Assembly: GCA_965200245.1 (NCBI GenBank)
Contig: CBDATS010000004.1
Coordinates: forward strand, 1,376,001-1,440,000
Origin: a bacterium
Lineage (GTDB): Bacteria > UBA8248
Length of the DNA: 64,000 nt
Direction: 5' to 3'
Below are positions 1-11,203 of the stretch, in pieces. The stretch's first letter is position 1; each line of letters opens with the position of its first letter. The position numbers and the translations under genes were made by a program. The notes under the pieces are model-generated. The model worked only from the letters and a program-made list of their open reading frames with translations. It was not told the DNA's origin and did no database searches.

Positions 1-2
1 AG

Positions 3-623
3 AACACGCACAACCAGGGCGGGGGCCATGTGTTCCCCCTCGAACAACTTGATGAGTTGCGCACCTTCTCAAGTGAGCAAAAAATCCCACTTCACATGGA
101 TGGTGCCCGCATATTCAATGCCATCGTCGCCTCCGGCGTTCCCCCGAAGGAATGGGCGAGGCGCTGCGATTCGATGTGCTTTTGTTTCTCCAAGGGATTG
201 GGCTGTCCGGTGGGTTCGATTCTGCTCGGAGAGAAAGTGTTCATCCGGGAGGCACGCCGTTACTGGAAAATGTGGGGAGGCGGCTGGCGTCAGGCGGGGA
301 TGCTTGCCGCCGCAGGTCTCCATGCGCTGGAACATCATGTGGATCGCCTGGCGGAAGATCACGCAAATGCCCAGCTTTTCTCCGAACTCACCGCTGGAAT
401 TCCGGGCATTCGACCTGTCCATGACACCACGCCCACCAACCTTGTGTTTCTCGACGTATCGGCGACCGGCAGGACGGCGTATCAGATCAACGAGGCGATG
501 ATGGAAAAAGGCGTCGCCTTCTCCGTTCCGAACATGAAGGTTCTTCGCGCCGTCACCCACCTGGATGTATCGAGAGAAGACGTGCAGTCCGCCGCTCGGA
601 TTCTGGCGGATTCGGTGAAATGA
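3..623 (+). CDS. ltaE: Low-specificity L-threonine aldolase (5'-truncated by the window edge)
   Basis: Motifs NTHNxGGG, LHMDGARIFNA, CFSKGLGCPVGS (PLP Lys), GGGWRQAG and RAVTHLDVS. Confidence 0.9.
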   Translation, partial: NTHNQGGGHVFPLEQLDELRTFSSEQKIPLHMDGARIFNAIVASGVPPKEWARRCDSMCFCFSKGLGCPVGSILLGEKVFIREARRYWKMWGGGWRQAGMLAAAGLHALEHHVDRLAEDHANAQLFSELTAGIPGIRPVHDTTPTNLVFLDVSATGRTAYQINEAMMEKGVAFSVPNMKVLRAVTHLDVSREDVQSAARILADSVK

Positions 624-1402
624 ACTCAAGGGCTCGGGTCACCGTTCTGGGCTGTGGCACTTCCACTGGCGTTCCTTCCATCGGGTGCACGACAGCTGCA
701 TGTCTTTCGGATGATCCCAGGAACAAGCGGCTGCGACCGAGCATCATCATCGAGCACAACGGGCGAAACCTGCTCGTCGATACGGGTCCCGACTTGCGCG
801 AGCAGGCACTCAGACACGAGATAACCCGGGTGGATGCCGTGGTCTATACCCACTATCACGCCGACCACACCCATGGCATCGACGATTTGCGCGCCTTCAA
901 CTTCCTGGTGAGAAAACCGATTCCCTGCTATGCCTTTCCCAATACAGTGAGGATTCTGCGCCAGAATTTTAGCTACATATTCAATGATGCGAGGGACTAC
1001 AGTGGTTTCAAGCCGCAACTCATGCTGACGGAGGTCGGGGAGTCCAGCTTCGGGGCGGCCGGCATCGACGTCATACCATTCGAACTCGAACACGCCGGAA
1101 TGAAAGTGATGGGCCTGCGGGTGGGAGATTTCGCCTATGCGACGGATTGCAACGCGATTCCGGAAAAATCCATGGAAATCCTGAAGGGAGTACGTATCCT
1201 CATCCTGGACGCCCTGCGCCACAGGGAGCATCCCTCTCACTTCACGGTTGCCGAGGCGCTGGAAATCGTCGAGTCGCTCAAGCCCGAGCAGACGTATTTC
1301 ACCCACACCAATTTCGAGCTGGAATACTACGAAACGAATCGGAAACTGCCCGGCGGCGTGGAACTCGCCTATGACGGACTGAGTTTCGGCATCTTCCTGT
1401 AA
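620..1402 (+). CDS. MBL-fold metallo-hydrolase, PhnP-like phosphodiesterase
   Basis: LGCGTSTGVP, DTGPD, THYHADHTHGIDD and LAYDGL; 4-bp ATGA overlap with ltaE. Confidence 0.85.
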   Translation: MNSRARVTVLGCGTSTGVPSIGCTTAACLSDDPRNKRLRPSIIIEHNGRNLLVDTGPDLREQALRHEITRVDAVVYTHYHADHTHGIDDLRAFNFLVRKPIPCYAFPNTVRILRQNFSYIFNDARDYSGFKPQLMLTEVGESSFGAAGIDVIPFELEHAGMKVMGLRVGDFAYATDCNAIPEKSMEILKGVRILILDALRHREHPSHFTVAEALEIVESLKPEQTYFTHTNFELEYYETNRKLPGGVELAYDGLSFGIFL

Positions 1403-1410
1403 TAGTTGCG

Positions 1411-2238
1411 CTATACGTCGCTGGAGTCTTCCGGAATTTCTCCTGTCTCGTCATCCATGCGGCTTGCACTCGCCGTCTGGCTCAGGTCCGAAAACAGGAG
1501 ATATCCAGCCAGATAGTAGGAGATTGAGGTCACCATCACGCCCGTCTGCAGAAGGACCTGGCCCAGAAGGCCTCCTCCGAAAATTCCCTGTATCACCTGC
1601 CAGAGTATGAACCAGACCAGCAGGTAGGTCATCACCAGTACAACGATGGTTCTCTCCCCTCCACTCGATACCACGCCCGCACGGCGAAAGGCCTGGGCGA
1701 AGTCGTCACCATAGAGCAACGCGGTCAAGGTGCAGAAATAATACCGAACCGCCGGCGTGAGAACGAGAAAAACCGTGACGGCGAAGGCAAACGGAAGGCT
1801 GATGGGCGAGTCTCCGAACAGAAAACCGAAGATGAACAACGCGGTCGCAAACCCGACAACACCCAGCAACTGCAGGCCGAAGGTATATGCCAGATCCACC
1901 TTGGCGACGGACTTCAGACGGTTCATCGCCTCGGCAATGTCCCAAACGGCCCCATCGCCCACGCGCTCGGACTCCACACGCAGAATCAGGAGAATGAACA
2001 GGAACACCTGCAATACGCGCAAGAGAAGCTGGGAGGCGATCATGAGAGGAAAGAGCAGCGTGAGGTTCGCCTCGGGTTCCATCAACGATTTAATCGAGGG
2101 GTGTACCGAGAGCGCAATCATGGAAACGGGCACGTAAATCGCGACGAAAAGGCGGGTTATTTGCGCAAAATCCTTCGCATGGTTGCGAACGCCGTACTCG
2201 ATATATCTGGACAACGGGCCCACGGCTGTATTTTTCAT
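1411..2238 (-). CDS. Hypothetical multi-pass membrane protein
   Basis: 275-aa ORF with about 6 hydrophobic segments and an acidic tail; fills the gap between flanking genes. Confidence 0.7.
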   Translation of the reverse strand: MKNTAVGPLSRYIEYGVRNHAKDFAQITRLFVAIYVPVSMIALSVHPSIKSLMEPEANLTLLFPLMIASQLLLRVLQVFLFILLILRVESERVGDGAVWDIAEAMNRLKSVAKVDLAYTFGLQLLGVVGFATALFIFGFLFGDSPISLPFAFAVTVFLVLTPAVRYYFCTLTALLYGDDFAQAFRRAGVVSSGGERTIVVLVMTYLLVWFILWQVIQGIFGGGLLGQVLLQTGVMVTSISYYLAGYLLFSDLSQTASASRMDDETGEIPEDSSDV

Positions 2239-2422
2239 TTCAAAAACAAACCCTTAGAAGAATATGGCCGTTCGTGCCGGCATTGATCTCCATCCTCTAG
2301 GAGCGATACACTAAGAGTAGAGTTCCACCGCGCCTCGAATCGCGAGACCGCCCGGGATAGCCGCCCCCCAATCGACAGAGTTCACTATACTCGCTCATGA
2401 TGAGGAATAGAAGGCAAGCCCC

Positions 2423-3211
2423 ATGAGTTTGGAGACAATGGTGACGAAAGGCATTTGCATTCTCGGCCGGCGCGCGATAGGAACCGTCGCCGGGATGGGA
2501 AGCGCCGCGGTCTTTTTGCTCGAGTCCCTCCGGTGGATGTTTGCGCCTCCCTGGCGATTTTCGCTCCTTACCCGCCAGATATACATCATCGGCACGGGTT
2601 CGCTCTCTATCGTTTTGCTGAGTGGTCTGTTCACCGGAATGGTACTGGCCCTCCAGGGAATCTACGCATTCAGAAAATTCGGTTCTGAAGCCTTCCTTGG
2701 CCCGGCGGTCGCCTTCAGCCTCATCCGTGAACTCGGACCCGTACTCACTGCCCTGGTTGTCACCGGAAGGGCAGGATCCGCCATGACGGCCGAGATCGGC
2801 ATCATGCAAATCACCGAACAGGTGGATGCCCTCAAGAGCATGGCGGTAAACCCCCTGCAGCGCCTCGTCTCTCCCCGACTGCTGGCGGGCGTCATAGTAT
2901 TTCCCCTGCTGACGGTGCTTTGCGACCTCATTGGCATATTCGGGGCCTATCTCGTGGGCGTGGAACTGATGGGACTGAGTTCCGGCACTTTTTTCGGGGA
3001 GATGCAGGACAAGATCGAGATGGCCGACATCGAAGTAGGCTTGTGGAAATCGATTGTCTTCGGCCTGATCGTCACATGGGTTTGCTGCTATAAAGGGTAT
3101 CATTGCGGCCACGGGGCCGAGGGGGTGGGCAAGGCGACCACCTCGGCCGTGGTGCTGTCTTCCGTCCTGATCCTGGTGGGTGATTATTTCCTCACTTCGA
3201 TTCTCATCTGA
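2423..3211 (+). CDS. mlaE: MlaE lipid-asymmetry ABC permease
   Basis: RELGPVLTALVVTGRAGSAMTAEIG, EQVDAL and GAEGVGKATTSAVV. Confidence 0.93.
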   Translation: MSLETMVTKGICILGRRAIGTVAGMGSAAVFLLESLRWMFAPPWRFSLLTRQIYIIGTGSLSIVLLSGLFTGMVLALQGIYAFRKFGSEAFLGPAVAFSLIRELGPVLTALVVTGRAGSAMTAEIGIMQITEQVDALKSMAVNPLQRLVSPRLLAGVIVFPLLTVLCDLIGIFGAYLVGVELMGLSSGTFFGEMQDKIEMADIEVGLWKSIVFGLIVTWVCCYKGYHCGHGAEGVGKATTSAVVLSSVLILVGDYFLTSILI

Positions 3212-3226
3212 AGAAGGAACGGAATC

Positions 3227-3676
3227 TTGTACCGTAAAAACGTGGAATTCGGTGTCGGCATATTCGTTGTGGCAGGAATTCTGGCGCTCGCCTATCTTTC
3301 GATCAATCTCGGCGGTCTGGATATCTTCGATGACGGTGCGTATGAAGTCTCAGCCAGGTTTACGACCGCGACGGGCCTGAGACGAGGCGCCTCCGTGGAA
3401 ATGGCGGGCGTGCGCGTCGGACGGGTTAGCGAAATCTCCCTCGACGGGGAAGATGCGAAAATCACGCTGCGCATTGATGAAAACCTCAAACTCTCGCGGG
3501 ACTCCATCGCCTCCATTCGTACGAAAGGGGTCTTGGGTGATAAGTACGTGAGCATCAGTCAGGGAGGATCGGAGAAAATCATCCCCCCGGGCGGGTCGAT
3601 ACGCGAGACGGAACCACCGGTTGACATCGAGAAACTCATCGGAGACTTTATTTTCGGCAATGTGAAGAAGGAATAA
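3227..3676 (+). CDS. mlaD: MlaD MCE-domain protein
   Basis: N-terminal TM segment, GLRRGASVEMAGVRVGRV, IRTKGVLGDKYV; TTG start. Confidence 0.92.
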   Translation: MYRKNVEFGVGIFVVAGILALAYLSINLGGLDIFDDGAYEVSARFTTATGLRRGASVEMAGVRVGRVSEISLDGEDAKITLRIDENLKLSRDSIASIRTKGVLGDKYVSISQGGSEKIIPPGGSIRETEPPVDIEKLIGDFIFGNVKKE

Positions 3677-3841
3677 AGGGGCATCGACGCCGGAAAAATG
3701 TCTCGGGACATGCGTTGCGCTCTTTCGTTATGAGGCTTGGCAGGGGCTCCGGAACCGGAGGGTCACGATATATTTCGAGCTACCAGATCCTTCCTGTATT
3801 CGCCAATCCCGGACTCTGACCTCGTAGCAACAGGAGAATCC

Positions 3842-4447
3842 ATGCTTTTGGAAAAACGTTTACCACCGTTTATAGCCGCCTTCCTCGCGTTCGCTTTTCT
3901 TGCTTCACCCGTCCAGGCAGGCGAACCAACCAAGGTGGTGCGCCTGGGAATAACCGGGGTGGTGGATATTCTTCGTCAACCCGATTTGAAGGTCCCCGAG
4001 AAAAAGGTGGAGCGCAGAAACCGAATACGCAAGGTCATCCACAGGTATTTCGATTTCGAGGAAATGTCGCGGCGAAGCCTGGCGAGGGCATGGAGAAAAC
4101 GAACGGCTGAGGAGAAGGCCGAATTCATCGATCTTTTCAGCTATCTGATGGAACGCAACTACGCCAATACGCTGGAAAGCTATACGAATGAGAAGGTCGT
4201 CTACGGCAAGGAATCCATAGACGAGGAATTCGCCAGGGTTGACACCGTCATCGTTACGTCGGACAGGAAAGAGGTCGCCGTCGTCTACAGACTCCACAGG
4301 GTCAAGGGTGAATGGCGTGTCTACGACGTTCTGGTGGAGGGCGTGAGTCTCGTGAAAAACTATCGCGACCAGTTCCGTTCCATCATCCGGAGAACTTCCT
4401 ACGCCAACCTCGTGAAAATCCTCCGGGCCAAGCGAGACGAGGGCTAG
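3842..4447 (+). CDS. mlaC: MlaC/Ttg2D periplasmic phospholipid shuttle
   Basis: Signal peptide, FDFEEMSRRSL, WRVYDVLVEGVSLVKNYRDQF; start chosen at ATG 3842 after AGGAGA. Confidence 0.88.
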   Translation: MLLEKRLPPFIAAFLAFAFLASPVQAGEPTKVVRLGITGVVDILRQPDLKVPEKKVERRNRIRKVIHRYFDFEEMSRRSLARAWRKRTAEEKAEFIDLFSYLMERNYANTLESYTNEKVVYGKESIDEEFARVDTVIVTSDRKEVAVVYRLHRVKGEWRVYDVLVEGVSLVKNYRDQFRSIIRRTSYANLVKILRAKRDEG

Positions 4448-4775
4448 TGGGGTCACCCGCCGCGGGCGGTCTTCCCGGCATGCGGGGAAGCGGGTATTTG
4501 CGATTTATCTCCGCATGGTTTCGAAGCCCCATCGCCTCTCTCTGTACGATGAGAAAATATCGGTAGCGCTCTGCCTCATCCATCGCTTGATGAAGCGTGC
4601 CCTCAAGTCTTTCCCTGATTTTATCGCAGAGTTCTCCTCCCTTCTCCCACGCACGCCAGGCGGCCCACGCCCTTTGATGACGCTTGGAGAATTCGCTGCC
4701 GATGCGGCCTAGAGAGGAGGCCATTTCCTCGGCTATCTCGCGTTCCACGGCCAAGGGCCTGAATTTTCCGTTCAT
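4383..4775 (-). CDS. Conserved hypothetical protein (DUF6665-like)
   Basis: EIAEEMASSLGR...YFLIVQREAMGLRNH pattern; starts directly after the MFS gene stop; 3' end overlaps mlaC. Confidence 0.55.
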   Translation of the reverse strand: MNGKFRPLAVEREIAEEMASSLGRIGSEFSKRHQRAWAAWRAWEKGGELCDKIRERLEGTLHQAMDEAERYRYFLIVQREAMGLRNHAEINRKYPLPRMPGRPPAAGDPTSPRLAWPGGFSRGWRRKFSG

Positions 4776-4779
4776 GCCT

Positions 4780-5964
4780 TTATGCCGTCTCCCTGGGCAA
4801 TCCGAAAGAGATGAACGAACCGACGATGCCGAACGCCATGCATACCAGTGGCAGCGCCGTTTCCACGCCGATGTAATCGGCCAGACCGCCCACGGCAATC
4901 ATTCCGATGCTCGCCACGAACCAGACCACGCCCAGCATGAAACTGCTCACCAGGGCGGCGTGCTCGGGGGCGATCTCCTGGGCGTACGTCACGGAAACCC
5001 CCATCTGCGCATAAAAAGCCGCGCCCGAGAGCATGACGAAAATGGTGCGCCAGGGCTCGTCGAACAAAAAGACAAGGCCCAATGCCGGCGTGCCCATGCA
5101 AATGGCCATGATCGTCACGATCCGTCTGCCAAATATGTCGGATAGATGCCCGCCGTAGATGCCGCCCATCGCCGCCGCGACCAAAAACAGGGTGATTGCC
5201 GTACCACCCGCGGCCAGCGAACCACCCTTGGCGATAATATATATCGGCAAGAAAACCTGCACCGTCATCGTCACCGTCGTACGGCACAAGTTCACGAGCC
5301 ACAACAGAAACAGCGGCCGGAACACGAGCCTAAGCATCTGAATCGTCTGCATGAAGCTCTGTGGTTTGGAGGATTTGCCCGTGTCCTGAATGGGTGGAGA
5401 GATGAAGAACAGGGGAACTCCGATGATGATGCCGACGAGGCTCGCGTAGGGCATGGTATCTATGCCCCATTTCGTGACGATGAACGTCGCCATTCCCGAA
5501 CCCAATCCCACGCCCAGACGGCCACCGGCAATGTAGAGCGACATGCCGAACCCTTTTCTCGCGCCGGCGGACTGGCCGGCGATGACCGACGCGACGGGAT
5601 GGAAACAGGCAGAACCCGAGCCCGCGATCAGCATCAGCAGCATGAGGAGCCAGAAATTCGGCATGTAGAGCATGAACGCCAAAAGCGCACCGCCCAGCGG
5701 CCCGAGCGCCAGAAACCATCCTTTCTTGAACCTGTCGGCGAAGTAGCCAAAAACGGGCTGACCCACGGCGCCCGTGACGGAAAGCGTGGTGGCCAGAAGG
5801 CCCGCCAAGCTCAAAGGCAGGTCCAGTCGCTCGACGATGAGGGGAAGTAGCGGGGGGAGAAAGCCGAAATAGCTGTCGTTCGCCACATGGGCGACGATGA
5901 GCAGGGAGATTCTTCTTTTCTTGAGGCGCTCTGGAACCGCGCCTGCTACGGTCGTATCGCTCAA
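4780..5964 (-). CDS. MFS transporter, Fsr-like
   Basis: HVANDSY, QPVFGYFADR, GSACFHP, GGHLSDIFGRR; about 12 TM segments. Confidence 0.85.
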   Translation of the reverse strand: MSDTTVAGAVPERLKKRRISLLIVAHVANDSYFGFLPPLLPLIVERLDLPLSLAGLLATTLSVTGAVGQPVFGYFADRFKKGWFLALGPLGGALLAFMLYMPNFWLLMLLMLIAGSGSACFHPVASVIAGQSAGARKGFGMSLYIAGGRLGVGLGSGMATFIVTKWGIDTMPYASLVGIIIGVPLFFISPPIQDTGKSSKPQSFMQTIQMLRLVFRPLFLLWLVNLCRTTVTMTVQVFLPIYIIAKGGSLAAGGTAITLFLVAAAMGGIYGGHLSDIFGRRIVTIMAICMGTPALGLVFLFDEPWRTIFVMLSGAAFYAQMGVSVTYAQEIAPEHAALVSSFMLGVVWFVASIGMIAVGGLADYIGVETALPLVCMAFGIVGSFISFGLPRETA

Positions 5965-6027
5965 AAAGTTCTCCGAAAGTAAATCTCTGGAATCAGCCCG
6001 TCTGAACAGGGCACGGATTGAAGGCGA

Positions 6028-8673
6028 TCATGTCATCTTCTGGATCAGTCCGGGAACTGCCGCGAGGGCTTCATCCACTTTTTCGACGTCCTTGCCGCCC
6101 GCCTGCGCAAAGTCCTGCCGCCCGCCGCCTCTGCCGTCGACAATAGAGGCCACCTCCTTCACCAGATTCGCGGCGTGGACGCGGGGGGCGAGGTCTTTCG
6201 TTACGCCCGCGGCGATGGTGACCTTGCCATCCGTCACGGCAGCGACCACTGCGACACCGCTTTTCAGCTTGCCCTTCGCCGCATCGACGATACCCCGCAA
6301 TTCGCCTGCCTGAAAACCATCGCGCCGCACGGCTATCAGCTTGACGCCGGAAACCTCCCGGGCTTCCGAAGCCAGATCGTCCATTTCGTCGCGCGATTGT
6401 CTCTCGCGCGATTCCCTGAGTTCACGCTCGAGTGTCTTCACGCGATCAAGCAGGCGTCTCACCCGCTCGACCTCCTCGAGCGGCGCCGCTCGTGTGAGTT
6501 CTCCGATCTCGGAAAGAACGTGTTGTTCCCTGCGGGTCTGGAGGAGTGCCCCCTCCCCCGTCAGGGCTTCGATGCGCCGCACGCCCGAGGCCACGCTGCC
6601 CTCGTGCAGGATGCGGAAAAAGCCGATGTCTCCCGAGGCGCGCGCGTGTGTGCCTCCGCAAAGCTCCATGCTGAAATCGCCCATGGAGACGACCCGCACA
6701 TCCTCGCCGTAGCGTTCACCAAAGAGTGCCGTCGCCCCTTCGGCCAGCGCGTCGTCTATCGACATGTGGCGGGTCTCCACCCCGGTGTTCTCACGAATGC
6801 GCTCGTTGACGATGTCCTCCACGCGTTCGCGCTCGCGCGTCGTCATCGCCGCGAAATGGGTGTAGTCGAACCGCAGCCTCTCGGGCGATAGGTGGGAGCC
6901 GGCTTGTTTTACGTGATCACCCAGAACCTGACGCAATGCGTATTGTAACAGGTGGGTGGCCGAGTGGTTTCGCCTCAGGAGGAGACGCCTTTCTGCGTCG
7001 ATTCGCGCGGTGATGTCTTGTCCTTTCCCGAGAGTTCCTTCCGTCACCTTCACGTGGTGGACGTACACGTCGGGAAGCGGCTTTTGCGTATCGAGTACGA
7101 CAGCAGCGCCATCGGCCCAGGAGAAACCGCCCCTGTCGCCTTCCTGCCCGCCCGCCTCGCCGTAGAAAGGTGTCTTGTCGAGCACGACGCGTACCTCTTC
7201 CCCAGGGCCAGCCTCATCACGCAGCGCGCCGTCAAGGATAATGGCACGCACGCAGGCTTCCTGCTCATCCTTTGCATAGCCTGTGAACTCCGTCGTGCCC
7301 GCCGCATCGCGCACATGATGCCAGACTGCATCGACGGCGGCTTCGCCCGACCCCTTCCAGTGGGCGCGGGCGCGCTCACGCTGCTGCTCCATCACCTCGC
7401 CGAAACTACCCTGATCTATTTCGAGACCGTGGAAAGCGGCCGTCTCCACCGCCAGATCCCACGGATAGCCGTAGGTATCGAGCAGGGTGAACACTTTCCT
7501 GCCGGGAATGACTTCGCTGCCCGATGACTTCACTTCTTCCGCGAGCGCATCCATGCGCGGCTGGCCCTGCGCCAGTGTATTGGCGAACCTCTCTTCTTCG
7601 GCCAGCGTGACGCGGGAGATGTAGCCCAGGCTCTCTCTCAGTTCGGAAAAGGCGTCTCTCATCATCTCGGCCACCACGCCGGCTGTCTGATACAGGAACG
7701 GTCCTTCGATACCCAGCATCCTGCCATGGCGCAAGGCGCGCCTCGCCACGCGCCTCAGCACGTAGCCGCGGCCCTCGTTGCTCGGCAGAACGCCGTCCGC
7801 CACTAGGAAACTGACCGCGCGAACGTGGTCCGCGATGACGCGGAACGAAACATCGCTCGGCGCATCACTGCCGGTGTACTTCTTGCCGCAACGCTCTTCG
7901 ACCGAATGAATAAGCGGCATCAAAAGATCAGTGTGGTAATTGCTGTCTTCTTTTTGCACCACCGCCGCAAGGCGTTCCAGCCCCATTCCCGTATCGACCG
8001 AGGGCTTGGGCAGTGGCTCCATCTTTCCCGAAGCCTCCCGGTTGAACTGCATGAACACGAGGTTCCAGAGTTCAAGGTAGCGGTCCCCATTCTCATCCTC
8101 TTGCCCGCTGCCCGGCGGCGCGCCGACGATGTGATCCCCCTGGTCGTAGATGAGTTCCGAACACGGGCCGCAAGGTCCGGTCTCTCCCATCGCCCAGAAA
8201 TTATCCTTCTCGTCCATGCGGACGATGCGTTCAGGCGGCACGCCCACGATGCGTTCCCAAAGCTTCGCCGCCTCGTCGTCCTCCCGGAAGACGGTGATCC
8301 ACATGCGAGACCCATCGAGACCCACGCGATTCACCAAAAACTCCCAGCCGAACTCGATCGCCTTCTCCTTGAAATACTGGCCGAACGAGAAGTTGCCCAG
8401 CATCTCGAAAAACGTGTGGTGCCGGGCCGTTCTTCCAACGTTTTCAAGGTCGTTGTGCTTGCCGCTCACCCGCAGGCATTTCTGGGAAGTCACCGCTCTT
8501 GAGTAGTCGCGTTTCTCCAGGCCCGTGAACACGTCCTTGAACTGCACCATGCCTGCATTGGTGAACAACAGGGTGGGATCGTTCATGGGCACGAGGGAGG
8601 AACTGCGGACGATCCGGTGCTCCTCGTCGGCGAAGAACTCAAGAAATTTCTGGCGGACCTCATTGCCCTTCAT
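6028..8673 (-). CDS. alaS: Alanyl-tRNA synthetase
   Basis: DPTLLFTNAGMVQFK, HHTFFEMLGNFSFG, DTGMGLER, NHSATHLL, ELCGGTH, GGGRQDFAQAGG. Confidence 0.98.
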   Translation of the reverse strand: MKGNEVRQKFLEFFADEEHRIVRSSSLVPMNDPTLLFTNAGMVQFKDVFTGLEKRDYSRAVTSQKCLRVSGKHNDLENVGRTARHHTFFEMLGNFSFGQYFKEKAIEFGWEFLVNRVGLDGSRMWITVFREDDEAAKLWERIVGVPPERIVRMDEKDNFWAMGETGPCGPCSELIYDQGDHIVGAPPGSGQEDENGDRYLELWNLVFMQFNREASGKMEPLPKPSVDTGMGLERLAAVVQKEDSNYHTDLLMPLIHSVEERCGKKYTGSDAPSDVSFRVIADHVRAVSFLVADGVLPSNEGRGYVLRRVARRALRHGRMLGIEGPFLYQTAGVVAEMMRDAFSELRESLGYISRVTLAEEERFANTLAQGQPRMDALAEEVKSSGSEVIPGRKVFTLLDTYGYPWDLAVETAAFHGLEIDQGSFGEVMEQQRERARAHWKGSGEAAVDAVWHHVRDAAGTTEFTGYAKDEQEACVRAIILDGALRDEAGPGEEVRVVLDKTPFYGEAGGQEGDRGGFSWADGAAVVLDTQKPLPDVYVHHVKVTEGTLGKGQDITARIDAERRLLLRRNHSATHLLQYALRQVLGDHVKQAGSHLSPERLRFDYTHFAAMTTRERERVEDIVNERIRENTGVETRHMSIDDALAEGATALFGERYGEDVRVVSMGDFSMELCGGTHARASGDIGFFRILHEGSVASGVRRIEALTGEGALLQTRREQHVLSEIGELTRAAPLEEVERVRRLLDRVKTLERELRESRERQSRDEMDDLASEAREVSGVKLIAVRRDGFQAGELRGIVDAAKGKLKSGVAVVAAVTDGKVTIAAGVTKDLAPRVHAANLVKEVASIVDGRGGGRQDFAQAGGKDVEKVDEALAAVPGLIQKMT

Positions 8674-8741
8674 ATGCTGATTTCTCCAAATGATGCCCTG
8701 AATCGTGAAAATCACTGCGGCGAGACGAGCGCCGCTTCGCT

Positions 8742-10361
8742 TCAGATAGCGACGTCTTGTTGATACAGGCCGAAAACCTCGCGCATGGTGTCCGAGATCT
8801 CCCCGACCGTGGACTCGGCTTTCACCGCCCTAAGGATGTAGGGCAGAAGGTTATCGTTACTTCTCGCCGCGTGACTCAAGGCGTCGAGCGCTTCGCTCAC
8901 TCGATCGGCGTGGCGCCGTATCCTCAGCGAGGTCACGCGTTCTTTTTGTTCTCCCTCGACTTCCGGACGAATCTGGAGCGTCGATATGCGCGATTCTTCT
9001 TCTTGCTGGTAGCGGTTCACTCCGACGACGACTATCTTCCCTTCATCGACGAGCCGCTGGTAAGCGTAGGCACTTTCCTGAATCTGGCGCTGCACCCATC
9101 CCGTCTCGATGGCATGAAGCATACCGCCCGAATCGTCGATCTCCTGAATGATCTCCGCCGCCCGTGAGGCAATCTCCGACGTCAACGCCTCAATGGCGTA
9201 CGCACCACCGCACGGATCCGCCACGTTCGGCACATTCGACTCCTCGGCGAGTATCTGCTGGGTTCTGAGCGCGAGTCTCGCTGCATCTTCCGTGGGAAGG
9301 GAGAGGGCCTCATCCATCGAGTTCGTGTGAAGCGACTGCGTGCCTCCCAACACGGCGGCCATCGCCTGAAGGGCGACGCGCACGACGTTGTTTTTCGGTT
9401 GTTGCGCCGTCAGTGCGCTGCCAGCGGTCTGGGAATGGAACCGCAGCATGCAGGCCTTCTCGGAACGTGCGCCGAAGCGTTCACGCATGATCCGCGCCCA
9501 GAGCATGCGCGCAGCGCGAAACTTCGCGATTTCCTCCAGAAAATGATTGTGGACGTTGAAGAAAAACGAGATGTGCGAACCGAGTTCATCCACTTTCAGG
9601 CCTGCAGCGACCGCGGCCTCCACATATGCGATGGCGTTTGCCAGCGTGAAGGCAACCTCCTGAACGGCTGTGGACCCTGCCTCGCGGATGTGGTAGCCGC
9701 TTATGGATATGGCGTTCCACTTCGGAACCCTGTCCTTGCAGAACTCCATGGTATCGGTGATGAGGCGCAGGCTTGCCTCGGGCGGATATATATAGGTTCC
9801 GCGCGAGATGTATTCCTTTAAAATGTCGTTTTGCACGGTTCCCCTGAGCGCCTCGGAAGGAATGCCGTGTTTTTCTGCCACCGCGACGTACAGGGCCAGC
9901 AGGATAGGGGCGGTAGCGTTGATGGTCATCGAAGTGGAAATCTTGTCCAGCGGGATGTCATCAAGCAGAATCTCCATGTCCTCGATGGAGGCGATGGATA
10001 CCCCCACGCGGCCCACTTCGCCATACACCAGGGGGTGGTCCGGGTCGTAGCCTATCTGGGTGGGGAGATCGAACGCCACGGAAATCCCCATCTGCCCGTG
10101 ATCGAGGAGGTAGCGGTAGCGGTGGTTGCTCTCGCGCGCGCTGCCGAAACCGGCATATTGGCGCATCGTCCAGAGCCTGTCCCGGTACATGTTCCTGTAG
10201 ATGCCGCGTGTGTAGGGATGCGCCCCCGGCTTCTCGTCGAGGTTTCGCGAATCTTCCTCACCCGGACCGAAATACGCCGGCAGCGTGATACCGGAAAGGG
10301 TGGCTCTACCCTCCTCCTCACTCCAGGCCATTTGGGCCGTGGCGATACTCGGCTCACTCAT
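8742..10361 (-). CDS. Methylmalonyl-CoA mutase, large (substrate-binding) subunit; no B12-binding domain
   Basis: [46 protein letters not shown]. Confidence 0.9.
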   Translation of the reverse strand: MSEPSIATAQMAWSEEEGRATLSGITLPAYFGPGEEDSRNLDEKPGAHPYTRGIYRNMYRDRLWTMRQYAGFGSARESNHRYRYLLDHGQMGISVAFDLPTQIGYDPDHPLVYGEVGRVGVSIASIEDMEILLDDIPLDKISTSMTINATAPILLALYVAVAEKHGIPSEALRGTVQNDILKEYISRGTYIYPPEASLRLITDTMEFCKDRVPKWNAISISGYHIREAGSTAVQEVAFTLANAIAYVEAAVAAGLKVDELGSHISFFFNVHNHFLEEIAKFRAARMLWARIMRERFGARSEKACMLRFHSQTAGSALTAQQPKNNVVRVALQAMAAVLGGTQSLHTNSMDEALSLPTEDAARLALRTQQILAEESNVPNVADPCGGAYAIEALTSEIASRAAEIIQEIDDSGGMLHAIETGWVQRQIQESAYAYQRLVDEGKIVVVGVNRYQQEEESRISTLQIRPEVEGEQKERVTSLRIRRHADRVSEALDALSHAARSNDNLLPYILRAVKAESTVGEISDTMREVFGLYQQDVAI

Positions 10362-10559
10362 CGTGAGAAACCTCTGCAAAGCGAGAATATGTATGCATCT
10401 TTATTTCAGGGAGGTACAAAATATCATATTCGTGCGCTATCAAGCCAGCTTTAAGGCATCGCCGGTATCCGGCAAGATGAGACTATGGCAGGCACATGCG
10501 TCGCCTCCTGAAAATTTCCCGGAAATTCCAAAATCGCGTGATTTGGGGTAAACTAGGGC

Positions 10560-11165
10560 ATGGCTACCTACCGCTTGCCCCTGTTTCCGCTTCAAATCGT
10601 CCTTTTTCCGGGTCAGCAACTGCCCCTGCACATTTTCGAGGAGCGCTACAAGACCATGATCGGCGAGTGCATCGAATACGAATCCCCCTTCGGAATCGTA
10701 CTTGCAGGGGAAAGCGGCATTCACAAAGTCGGATGCACGGCCCGTATCTCTGAAGTTGTCGAAACATTTCCCGACGGCAGGATGAACGTCCTCGCCCTGG
10801 GCGGACAGCGTTTCGAGTTGTTTCGCGTCTATGATACCCAGCCCTATTTCGAGGGGGAGGTGAGCGATTATCATGACAGGGAAGGGGTCGACCCCACGGA
10901 ATTGTGCCAATTGGTGTGGGAGGCTCTCGAAAAAAGCGATCCTCCCCGATTGAATCTGTCCGAGGATTTGTTGGAGGATCCGTTCCTCTTCTCATTCGCC
11001 GTCGCCGGGGAACTCAAGATGCCACTTCGGGAAAAGCAAATTTTCCTGCGTTCGAGTTCTCTCGAATGGCGGCTGAAGCGGCTGATCGCGTATCTCAGAG
11101 AAGACGAACACCGGAAATTCGACTATGCCGACCACGAGAAATCCGCCCACAGAAACGGACATTAA
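10560..11165 (+). CDS. LON peptidase substrate-binding (N-terminal) domain protein
   Basis: LPLFPLxxVLFPGQQLPLHIFEERY; VGCTARI. Confidence 0.85.
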   Translation: MATYRLPLFPLQIVLFPGQQLPLHIFEERYKTMIGECIEYESPFGIVLAGESGIHKVGCTARISEVVETFPDGRMNVLALGGQRFELFRVYDTQPYFEGEVSDYHDREGVDPTELCQLVWEALEKSDPPRLNLSEDLLEDPFLFSFAVAGELKMPLREKQIFLRSSSLEWRLKRLIAYLREDEHRKFDYADHEKSAHRNGH

Positions 11166-11203
11166 TGCATTTCAACCGTTGATGGGAAAGCCTGGGCAGT
11201 TCG